Below are positions 48,825 to 60,200 of a DNA stretch of 64,000 nt, in pieces. Both the position numbers and the translations under genes were made by a program. How positions within the stretch are numbered: position 1 is the first letter of the stretch; each line of letters opens with the position of its first letter. The notes under the pieces were generated by a model, which saw only the letters and a list, made by a program, of their open reading frames with translations, did no database searches and was not told the DNA's origin. The stretch spans positions 2,170,001-2,234,000 of the forward strand of contig OZ218958.1 in the NCBI GenBank assembly GCA_965112735.1. Direction: 5' to 3'. The stretch comes from Phaeosaccion multiseriatum. Taxonomy: Eukaryota > Protista > Ochrophyta, other classes.

Positions 48825-50395
48825 CTTCTTCTTCTTCTTCGCCTAGGGCATCTGGCGAGGTAGGACATCAGCCTTACGAGGAGGAGGCGGAGGAGGGGGG
48901 GGGGGTCGCGGGGGAGGGAGAGGGCGCAGAAGTGGGGGAGGGGCAGCAGAAGGAGGGAGAGGAGGAGGAGGACGATGGTCGGATGGTCCTCGCGGCAGGA
49001 TTGCCCGCCCACCTCACTGGGGATCTCTCTAACCTGGCCCCGGAGAAGCGAGAGAGCATCAAGCGTGAGCGCAATCGGCTCCACGCCCGGCGCACTCGGG
49101 CACGCAAGAAGTTCGTGATGCTGGACTTGGAGAAGAAGATTACCACGCTTTTAGAGGGCAACAGGAAGCTGCGAGCGGCCCTGAGTGGCCTCGACAGCAC
49201 CACCCCCCCCTCTTCAGTTTCTTCTTCTCCCAGGGAGGGGGGAGCGGAGGCGGAGGTGGAGGTGGAAGGGGGAGGGACGGGCGGCTGGCAGGGTGCGGAA
49301 GGTGGGGGCGGCGTCGGGGATGGGCGAGGAGCACAAGAGCTGGTCGACGCAAGCCCCGCTCCCCCTGCCCAGCAGCATCAGTTCGGACATGCCCACCCCC
49401 AGAGCCCTCTGCACTTCTACCTCGACGCCAATCACCAGCCGGGGGGGGAAGAAGGAGCAATCAAGGGGCGGGGTGGTCAGCAGCGCAGGCGCCTTCGCTC
49501 TCCCCACAAGGTGCACAGCCAAGCGGAGCCTCAACCTCACGGGGTGGAGCGAGCAAATGGAACCCAAGAGCAAGAGCAAGGAGGGGGGCAGCTGCCGGGT
49601 TGCGTTCCATGTGCCCCCCCTGCCCCCCTGTCTGTCTCGTCCGAGGGCGGCGGGTCGACGGACGGTTTCGACGGCGGCAGCAGCAAGCAGCAGTCCGATG
49701 GGCAGAGGCGGGAGCCGTCTGGGGGGGTGGCGCTGCCCGTGTTGGCGGCGCACGTAGAGCCCTTTGGAAGGGAGCGCAATGACGCTGCTGACAGTCGCGG
49801 TGTGGGACGAGGCGTGCACGAGGATGGAGGAGGCGCGCTTCCGGCGATGCACAGGGGCGCGGCTTTGGTCAAGGACAAGAGGGGCAGCCAGATGCAAAGA
49901 GGGGGTGGTGTTGATGCGCCGTACCAACCGCTGCAGCAGCAAGGGAGTGTTGTCTTGGAGTCTACACCCCCGATACGCCGTACGGACCAGTGCGACGCTT
50001 TCGTCTCAGCGCAAGAGTTGCACAAGGCGCTTCTGCGGAGCATGTCTCCCGGGGGGCGGGTGGGGGCACCGGGCTTCGTCGGGGCCACCGACCACGAGTT
50101 TGCCCAGCAGCAGCAGCAGCAGCAGCAGCACAAGTTGGTGATACGGCAGCTGCAGTCGTATGGGCAGGCGCGGTTCGGGGGAATTTACTCTCCGCCTGTG
50201 GAGTACGGTACTGCCTCAGCGGCGGCAGCAGGCACTCAACCACAAATGGGTGGGTACTATGACGAGCACCAGGAGATGAATCGGCGAGCAATGGCAAACA
50301 GCTTCCTTCCGTCCGAGCATCTTCGAGCGGCCAAATCCAAACCCGTTGCCTGGGGCGGAGGAGGGTGGCCCCAGCAGCCCCACCAGCAGCAACAT

Positions 50396-50427
<32 letters not shown>

Positions 50428-50430
50428 TCA

Positions 50431-50472
<42 letters not shown>

Positions 50473-50692
50473 ACAGCAGCAACAGCAGCAACAGCAGCAG
50501 CAGCAGCAGCAGTTGGTGATACATCAGCAGCAACAGCAGCAACAGCAACAGCAGTTGGTGATACAGCAGCAGCAACAGCAGCAGTACGATGTGTGTGTCG
50601 AGAAAAGGGCACAGGCACACGCGGCCCCCACTGGCCACTCGGGGGGCCGGCCTCCTTGGCTGAGCGAGATGCACCAGATGCAGCAGCAGTAG
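47867..50692 (+). CDS. Transcription factor with two bZIP domains and a polyQ tail
   Basis: Basic regions KERNRLQARKTRERKK and RERNRLHARRTRARKK, each followed by a heptad segment; 941-aa ORF. The start is uncertain. Confidence 0.85.
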
Positions 50693-51543
50693 CACCAGCA
50701 CCAGCTCCTGCCCGGCCAACACGCGCACGCCTTTGAGGGCCGCCAGTACGCCACGTGGTAAGAGCGAGGGGAAGAAGGGGGGCATCGATTCGATCCGGTT
50801 TGTGGGCCTTGCTTTCCTCTCCCTCCTCCCTCCGAGAGGACGAGGAGCGTGGCCTTGATTTGGAGGGATGAGGGAGAGGGAAGGAACGTCCACTCTCGTG
50901 CCTCTCCCTCCGCCTCCCCAGGGGACGAGAAGCCACCGAGTCACCGAGTCACGGAGTCACCGCCCCCCTCCCCCGCATGATGTGAGGCGCTGCCTGGTGC
51001 GAATGGTGCCGTCCTGAACCTACAAACTACTCTAGTGTAAGAACGTGAGCCCAAGTTGAGCGAGATGCACCAGATGCACCAGATGCACCAGCACCAGCGC
51101 GCAACCTGGGCCCATGTTTTTATACTAGAGTAGTGAGTAGGGTCAGGACGGCACACCATTCGGGACCATTTTTCGAGTGATGGCAAGGGCCAGCACTCCC
51201 CCTCTAACCCCTCTAGACGGACGACTCATTGAAGAGAGGTGGCAGCTGCTAGCACTCTCCCCAACATTTTGAGACGTTTTTGTGCAGAGTGACATCAAGA
51301 TCTGTCACTCTGCTTAGAATAAAGGTCACTCTGCTTAGAAATAACACCACTCACCCTTCATTACTACTGTAAATATATCATAAAAAGAGTCATTTTTTGT
51401 GTGTGTCTATGTATAGTTTTAGATACGAAGAGACAGACAGAGAGAGAGAGAGAGAAAGAGAGTGTGCGTCTATCGCACTCACCCCACCTCAAGCCCAAGC
51501 CTCCTCCCTCCTTCCCCTCCTCCCTACCGTTCCTGCCTCCCAC

Positions 51544-52919
51544 TCACGCCAGCGAAGGCATGTCCGGCAGGGGCAGGTGCGAGGTCTTCGTCTTCATCAC
51601 TTCGTCGATGAGGCCATACTCCTTGGCCTCGTAGGGAGTCATGAAGAAGTCTCTGTCCGTGTCCCTCTCGAGCTTGCTTATTGGCTGGTCGGTGTACTTG
51701 GACATGTACGTGTTCAGCAGCGCCTTCGTGTACAGGATCTCTTGGGCCTGCGGATAGGGGTGGATGGGTGGGAGGGGTTGTGGAACCGGGTGGGTGAGTG
51801 GGCGGGTGGGTAGGAGGGAGCCAGATGAGCAATAACAGCGGGGGGGCGAGATGGTGGGAGAGCAGTGTGGAGGTAGGGTGAGAAACACCAGCGGTGGATG
51901 GGGGCAGGGAGAGCAGGGAGGGGGCACGGCGAGAATGCTGGCGGCTTACAGACGCGAGTAGCCAGTCTTGCATGCAGTCCCACTGCCCCCCTGCTCCTTC
52001 CAACCACATTCAGCCCCCAAAGCCCCTCTTCCCTCTCACAGCAAGATCCGCACTGCTTCGTCTGACGCACCGCAATTTCAATGTCGGCCGCCTGGCCTTG
52101 GGCACCTCCGAGCGGCTGATGGATCATGATGCGTGCGTTGGGCAGAGAGAGCCTCTTGCCAGGGGTGCCCGCTCCGAGCAGAAAGGCCCCCATGGAAGCC
52201 GCCATACCGAAGCATACCGTAGACACGTCGCAGTTGATAAACTGATCCACCCATCCATCAAATCATTGGTTCATTCGTTGGGGGCCAAAAGGCAGGGCAG
52301 CAAGAAAAGAAAGAAAGAGAGAGCAAGCTGTTAGAAGCGAGAGAAGAGGAGAGTCCTTTGCTTCGGGCAAGTTACGCTACCAAAGAGCAGGGACATTTCA
52401 TCTTCTTCCCGCCCCCCATCGTGAATGAATGTCACACACCTGCATGGTGTCATATATGGCGAGTCCTGCGGACACAGACCCGCCCGGAGAGTTAATGTAC
52501 AGCGTAATGTCCGCGTCGGGGTCGGCTTGGTCGAGGTAGAGAAGCTGAGCCACCAGCACGTTGGCCACCTCGTCGCTGACCTCCTGTCCGAGAAGCAGGA
52601 TGCGGTCCTTCAGCAGGCGAGACACCACGTCCATCTGTTCCGCCCCAGTGCCCACAGTGGGCATGGGAGGAGCAACACGTCTAGGAGGAGTGGGCTGCTC
52701 GGGAGGCGGTTGCGGCGGCTCCTCCGGCATGTGGATGCCGTGCCTCCTATCTGTCGCACCCCGTCTAATTGTGCTGCTGCTCCTTTCTGTCGTGCTGGTG
52801 CCCACCCTGAAACATGCCCCGCTGCTGATGCTACTGGTGGTGCCAAAGGTCCCAGGTGTAACAAAGGCGACGCATGTCGGACAGGCAAGAGCTGCCACTA
52901 CAGCTGCGATGGCCCTCAT
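51544..52919 (-). CDS. clpP: Nuclear-encoded plastid ClpP protease subunit
   Basis: VA|FVTP presequence; [26 protein letters not shown] (Ser), MIHQP (His) and DRDFFM (Asp); 3 exons. Confidence 0.95.
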
Positions 52920-53157
52920 CTTTTTGTCTGTGCAAATCGATGCTTGCACGCGATAATCTTACGTAATGGTGTGGTAGGAAATGAAATTTAAATCCAAATT
53001 TTGTCGTTTTGATTCTTGCTTCCTCTCTCTACCCTGTACCTTAGGCTGCTTTCGAGAGCACAGAAGCAAACCAAAATGGTTAATAAAATAGGGAGGAGGA
53101 GGAGGAGATTTTTTATTTTTTACAAAATCGAAACTGAAGACTCTGAAGACTACAATA

Positions 53158-54634
53158 CTACAGAGTGTGTGCGTACATGGTGGCCTCGTCCTCGTCCTCG
53201 TCCTCGTCCTCTCCCTCGGCCTCGTCCTGCTGCGCGTCCTTGAGCAAGCGCCGCATGTTTTTGTTGATGACCAGGTCGCCCTGAAGGTGAGGGGGGGGGT
53301 AGCACGGCAAAAGCAAATGGGGAGGAGCGTGGGGAGGACAGGAGGGTCGAGCACGCTGAGCAGGGCCTTGTTCGTGGGAGAGGCCAGTCGGAGAGCAGAG
53401 AAGCCGAGCGAGCGGTTGCAGAGCCTCCTGCCCCCGCCTACCGACCGTGCCCTGCGCACCGCGCCGAAGCATCAAATTCAGTAACAGCTTCGTCACCCTC
53501 TTCCAGCGTCCCGTCCCTCCCTCCTTCCTTCAAACAAGCAGACACTACGACCTTCTCACTGCCGCTGCGGCCGGACGGTTCCCCCCGCCTCTCCTCTCCC
53601 TGCCTCACTCACCAACTTGACATGATCATTCGAGCAGCCGGCCACCGGGCACTTGGTTGAGTTGACGCGCCCCTTGCACTTGCTCTTGATGTGTGATCGA
53701 ATGGCGTCCGCTTCGAAAGTGTGGCCGCACTGCTTGATCTTCAGCGGCTCCTTGATCTGCATCTGCGTGATGGGGCACTTGGTGCTAATCTCGGAGGGCC
53801 CCACGTCCATCTCCAGGTCATCGTCCACTTCGGTGCTTTCCTTAAACTCCCTGTACACGGGGTTGTTCGCGTACGCTCCTGCGTTGGCGGCTGCACAATA
53901 AAGGAGGAGGAGGAGGAGGAGGAGGAAGAAGAGGAGGGGGGAGTAGGTAAGACTTGGAAGGGAGGAGGAGAGGGTTGGGGGGGGGCGAGCAGGCTATCCT
54001 CGCCGAGGGCGGGAGGCTCTCCCCAGCTCATCGTACCAAACAGCCTCCGGACCGACCAAACCGACCTCTCGCTGCTAGACGTTCGTCAAACGCTGACTGG
54101 AGCATGGCGGCAAAGTCGGGGACCTCTCGGGGCTCCTGCGAGTAGGGAGGGCGGGCGGGGATAGACAACAGGCAAAGAGAGAGAGAGAGAGAGAGACAGA
54201 GAGAGGTAACTGTGAAGGCGGGGATCCCTCTAGCTGGGTACTAGTGCACCACTACAAGTAAGCTCTTCTCATTCGCTGCAGAGCACATATCCCCACCCCC
54301 CCCGTTCAAACCAGAGAGGGCTCACCTGGGAAAGTTCTTCATCGGTTGCCGCGCCCTTGGTCACCAGCTCTCCTCTGACCTTGTTCACTGCTTCCCCCAG
54401 GGCAACGGCCTCCCCATACAAGGCCGCGTTACGCTGGGCAAATGCGTCCATCTCCGCGTCCCGCTTGGCCTGCGCCTCCTGGGCCATTTCCTTCTTTGCC
54501 GCATCGAAGTAGTTCGCCTTGACCAGCTCCAGCAGCACTGTATGAGGATAATCCTTCAAGCTTCGCTGGAGGGTGTCTGTCGTGAGGCGCCACGCCTCCA
54601 GCACCGCCAGCGATGGGTGCCCTGCCTCTGCCAT
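53158..54634 (-). CDS. NSMCE2: NSE2/MMS21-like SP-RING SUMO ligase of the Smc5/6 complex
   Basis: ISTKCPIT...EP.....CGHTFEADAI...KCPVAGC SP-RING with an N-terminal coiled coil; 4 exons. Confidence 0.85.
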
Positions 54635-55037
54635 CCCCGGGAGCGATCGACAGCCCTGTTACCTTTTTGGGGGTCTTCCTACCGCTAATGTGCTGCGGGA
54701 GACGAGGAACAGCGGCTGTATCAGTAGTCACCCAAGGGAAGGAAGTTATTCTTGGCTTTGTTGTTGTCGCTGAAGAAATCGATTTTTAAAAAAATAGAGA
54801 GAGGTGCACGTGTTGCTCATATACTCCCCAGGGGGGCTTGCCAGCTGTGAGCGCCACAGGATCCTGGATCCTGCGCGCGCTATCGAAGCTGTACCTAGCT
54901 CCCCGTTTACGTACACCTTAGGACATATAAACCTGTAGTCTTTAGTGCTGCCACTTGAACGCTACCTCCTCGTCTGAGCTCTTTTCCAAAGCCAAAGAAG
55001 CCCCGTGAAAGGAGGAAAGAGAGAGGGAAGGGAGGCG

Positions 55038-57192
55038 ATGGACGCTGAGGCAGCGGCGGCGGCCTTTCTCGCAGAGTCGGGGCTGGGCAATGATGGGGGA
55101 TCTGGCGGCGCGGCGGAGAAGAAGAAGAAGAAGAAGAAGGCCGCGAAGAAGACGGGGGCTGGTGCTTCTGCTGCTGGAGAAGGAGGGGGGGCTGGAGCTG
55201 CTGCCGGAGGGGGCGGGGGTGCCGTGAAACAGACCGCCAAAGGAAAGGCTATTGCGGAGAGGCAGGCCAAGCTCAAGGAGGAGGAGGACAGGATAAGAAG
55301 GGAACAGGAGGAGGAGGAGGCGAAGCTCCGCGCAGAGGAGGAGGCGGAGGCCGCTAAGGCGAAGGAGATTGAGGAGGAGAAGGAGAGGAAGAGGATCGCC
55401 AAGAAGGAGAAGCTCGACAAAAAGAAGAAGGAAGGTGAGTCTTGGACGGACTGCGTCGACCCTTCCTGGGAGACTGCCTTTACTCCTCTTCTCCGTCCTT
55501 CCTAGAGGGGTGCTGCCGCTCCTCCTCCTCTTGCCCACGGCCCTCCCTCCCTCCCTCAGTCCCTCCCTCCCTCCTTCCCTCCCTCCCCGCACTTGCCCTG
55601 ATCAGGTACGTACAAGACCAAGAAGCAGAAGGAGCAGGAGGCTCGGGCACAGGCAGCCGTGGAAGCGATGAAGGCAGCTGGCATTGAAGGTGAGACTTAT
55701 TTACAGTATGCGCTTGGGATGTTTGATGCCCTCCATTCCTTCACATACACACACACACACTCTCTCTCTCTCTGTCTCCCAAACCGACTATGCAAATCAA
55801 TCTCCAGTGCCCACCGGGGACGACTCGCAGACGAAGAAGAGACCCATGTACGGCGGCAAGAAGAAGAAGAAGACCAAGGAGGAGCGCCTCGCGGAGGTGG
55901 GTTTTTGCAGTGATGTGTTCACTTGCCCGAGCTGAGGCGGCCGTACTTTGGGTTGCTGCTTGCTCTACGCACGTCCTTGCTTCTCTCCCCTAAGTTCCGT
56001 GTGAATTCAACGCGTCCGCCTTTCTTTCGTCTCCTCCGGGGTGAGCAGAAAGAGGGCAAGCCGGCAGCAGGGAGCGAGGAGGAGAAGCACAACGGAATAG
56101 AGGCAGAGGCAGGGGCGGTAGCAGAGCAACCGCCGGCCAAGGAGGAGGAGGAGGAGGAAGAGGAGGAGGGGGAGGAGGAGCAGAAGGAGGAGGAGAAGCC
56201 CGCTCTACCAGAGCCGCCCGCTATGGAAGACTGGTAAGTAGGACCTCTTCCTACTCCCCTCTGTGACGAGAAGACACCACAACCCACACACACTCTACCA
56301 CTTGCCTCATCCTCTCTTTCCACACACAGGGAGGATGCAGCGGCCGACGACTGGGACACGGCTGACGTCACTGATATCATAGGGAAAATCCAGGTGAGAG
56401 GAGGAATTTGCTTTGGGCGGGCAGGGCTGTCCTTCGCGAAGCAGAAAGACAAAACAAGAGAGAGAGAGAAGACGAGGGCTGCTCCTGGAAAGGGCAGGTC
56501 TCTCTGTCCCTTCTCCGCTCGTCCATTGCCATCCACAGTACCGCACCATCAGTATCGTTAAATACGAAACATCCATGCTGCCCCAGGTTAAGGAGGAGGG
56601 CTTCGACGACGAGGTGGACCTCATCGAGAAGGAGAAGGCGGACGAGCAGGAGAGGTGAGCAGGGACGGGATGGCAGTGCATGGACGGGGGGGGGAGAGAG
56701 GGCAGGGAGGAAGAGAAGCAAGCAGGAGGCAGGGGGCAAGTGAAGCGGGAGAGGAGGGAAGGAGGGAGGGGGGGAAGCAGGGAGGGCCGCCTCCGCGGTG
56801 CGTGTGGTGTGTGTGCTCTCCGCGGCTCGTCGTTCTTGTCCTGACCACCCCTTCCTGCTGTGCTGTGCTGTTCCGCTCGGCTCTCTCTGCCTTGTGTCCG
56901 TCTGCAACTGCTGAACAACATAGGTTACGGCTAGCTGGCATTGAGAGGAGGAAGCTTGAGGAGAGGCGGAGGATCGAGGAGGAGAAGTGAGTGTGTGGGC
57001 ACAAGCCAAGAGAGGACAAGACGACCAGTAAGCAGCGCAGACAATGAATGGGGGGCGGAGCTCTACCGCACGGACAGGGAGGGTTCTGCCTACGGCCCTC
57101 CCATAGACTGTCGTAAAGTGATTGATGAGCGCTCTGCGGGTGGCCGCCTCGTCGTGTTGGTATTGCTTGCCGCCGCCTCCTCTCGACGATAT

Positions 57193-57231
<39 letters not shown>

Positions 57232-60200
57232 ACCCCCCGTCGAGTCGAGCAGTCGTTCGGATGAGCCCCGTCCCCCCCGCGCCTCTTGCATTCTCACGCT
57301 CTGCTGCTATCGCTGCTGCTGCTGCTGCTACTGCTACTGCTACTGCTGCTGCTGGTCAGGCACAAGGCGGAGGAGGAGGAGCGCCAACGTGAGATCCTCG
57401 CTGTGGAGATGGCCAAGGAAGAGGCCAGGCGAAGGTAAAGGACGGAAGGGAAGGGAGGGAAGAAAGGGAGAGGCTGCATCCCCTGCCCACTTCTGCTCTA
57501 CTGCAGCGCTCGGCCCTGTACTGTACTGTACTCAACGAATCTATCCGTCCCACCCGCCTTGATTCGGTTGCGCGTTCTCCCTGTCTCTCTCCCATCTCTT
57601 TCTCTTAGCTCTTCGTCTTCCTCTCCCTCAACCCTCTCTCTCTCTCTGCCTGTCTCCCCCCCCCCTCCCCCCACTCTGTCCAGACGTCTTGCTCGAGAAA
57701 CAGAAGCCATGGAGGCTCGCTCTCCCGACGTGCTGCGCTCACCCATTGTATGCATCATGGGGCACGTAGACACCGGTACGTGCAGTGTACGCGCTGTGTT
57801 GGTGCATCGCAGGGCAAGGCATGTTTGCTCTCTGCTCTCGCCTTTCGTCCGGCTGGCTCTGGCTGGCTGGCTTGCTGGCCGTGTCAAGTGGGGGGTGAAT
57901 GGATACATAGGGAGCAGGCATGTGTAAGGGGGTGTGCATGCCCTACTGAGGGCACACCCACTTGCTTTGCGTCTTGCCTTGTCTTGCCTTGCCTTACTTG
58001 CCTCAGCTCTGAAGCGCCCCTCTTCGCCGCACACATACACGCACAACGCACAGGCAAAACGAAGCTGCTGGACAAGATCCGCCAGACCAATGTGCAGGAG
58101 GGAGAGGCGGGGGGAATCACGCAGCAGATCGGTACGGCAAGCACCAAGGAGGCTCAGGGGAGGGAGGGAGGGAGGAGGGGAGGGAGGGGAGGGAGGGGGG
58201 TAGTGGTGAGGGAGGGAGCCCCCGTAGTAACAGCCTGCTTGCGACCACCGCCACCGCCCTTCCCTGTCTGATGTTCTCTCTCCTCCTCTCTCCCCTCAAC
58301 TCTCTGCTCTCTTCACTGATGCTCTCTCTGTCACGCTCTACATGCTGTCCTCTCTTTCTGATCTTCCCCTGTCTGATGTGATGTGGTCAGGTGCCACCTT
58401 CTTCGCCAAGGATACGCTGCTCGAAAAGATGACCTCGGTCACCAAAGACACAGAGAGTGAGTCCTTCAATCCTTCAGTCATTCAGTCATTCCGTCAGTCA
58501 GTTCAGTCAGTCAGTCAGTCAGATAGTTGGAGTCATTCAGTCAGTCAATCAGTCAGCTAGAGTCGTCAGCCACTCAACTCTCTCAGTCACTTAGGAGTTG
58601 GCTTCAGTGCTCATTTATTTGCCCCTTTGCTTCTCTGCTCTTCACCCCCTCCCCTTTGCTCTGCGCTCTGCCTGCTTTAGACATGGACGCCATTGCCACT
58701 TTGATGTGCGGCGAGAAGAAGGCGTTCAACATGCAGCTGCCAGGCATGCTCATCATCGACACCCCAGGTGAGTGAGTGAGTGAGTGAGTGAGTGGGTGAG
58801 TGAGTGAGTGAGTGAGTGAGTGAGTGAGGAACGTGCGATGAACGTGCAGGAGGAGGGACTGGACGCGTGCTCCGGTCAGAGAGAGTGAGATCGAGCGAGA
58901 TGGAGGGAGAGAGGGCGTGAGAGCGAGAGGGAGGGAGTGTGTGTGTGTGAAAGAGAGAGAGAGCGACCGAGAGGAGACCTCCTTGCTATGACCAAGAGAG
59001 AGAGAGAGACCTCCTTGCTGCTTGCTTTTGTGGGGAGAGGTCCTGTTACATCATCGTTCTTCGTTCTCTTTGCGCGCTGGTGTGTCCCCGAGCGCCGCCG
59101 CTTACTTTGCTTTTCTGTCTGTATTTGTTTGTCTACCCCAATGTGCGTGTGCTTGCTCCTCACTCCCCCCCTCCCCCCCCCCCTCTCTCTCTCAGGTCAC
59201 GAGGCCTTCACCAACCTGCGGTCCCGCGGCTCCAACCTGTGCGACATGGCCATTCTGGTCATCGACCTCATGCACGGGCTGGAGCCACAGACCGTCGAGA
59301 GCCTCAACCTTTTGCGCTCCAAGAGAACGCCCTTTGTGGTGAGTGGGGACGTAAGGGGAGCGGGGTGGGTAGGGGTGGGGTGGTGAGCAGACATCGTAGG
59401 GGGGAGCGGGTTGGGTGGGGTGGAGTGGTGTGATGAGTGGACAGTGTTCAATTTTTGACCTGTCGAGGTTCATAACGGAATTGAAACTCAAGTACCACAC
59501 CTCTGGCCTTCCTTGATCTGGACACCTCTAAACTCCCTGTACCAACGTTAACACCCATTCCGATTCACAGGTGGCGCTGAACAAGGTGGACCGCTGCTAC
59601 GGCTGGAAGGCCACCCCCAACGGGCCTATGAGGGAATCTCTGGCCATGCAGGACCAGAGCACGAGGGACGAGTTCCATGACAGGACCGTCAAGATCAGGA
59701 CAGAGCTCATGGAGAAGGGCCTCAACGCGGTGAGTAGCGGGGAGCACCACCTTATAAAAGTCATTGGCTGCGGCCAATCGGAGGGCAGGGGTGGGGAATT
59801 GATGGAAGCCTTCCCCGGGGGGGGGGCTGGAGGGTGGGCAGTGGGTCGGGTGGTAGTGAGTGAGTGGGTAGTGAGTGGGTAGCGAGTGGCGAAAGTGAGT
59901 CGATCGCCTGAAACGCGCGCGCACATACACCACACACACACACACGCGTACAAATTTCGTTGTCTGCCTCCGTCTCCTCCGTCTCCTCCTCCTCCTCCTC
60001 CTCCTCCTCCTCCTCCTCCTCCTCCTCCTCCTCCTCCTCCTCCTCCTCCTCCTCCTCCTCCTCCTCCTCCTCCTCCTCCTCCTCCTCCTCCTCCTCCTCC
60101 TCCTCCTCCTCCTCCTCCTCCTCCTCCTCCTCCTCCTCCTCCTCCTCCTCCTCCTCCTCCTCAGTCTCATCCGTTTGCTTGCTTGCCGCTTCCGCTCAAC

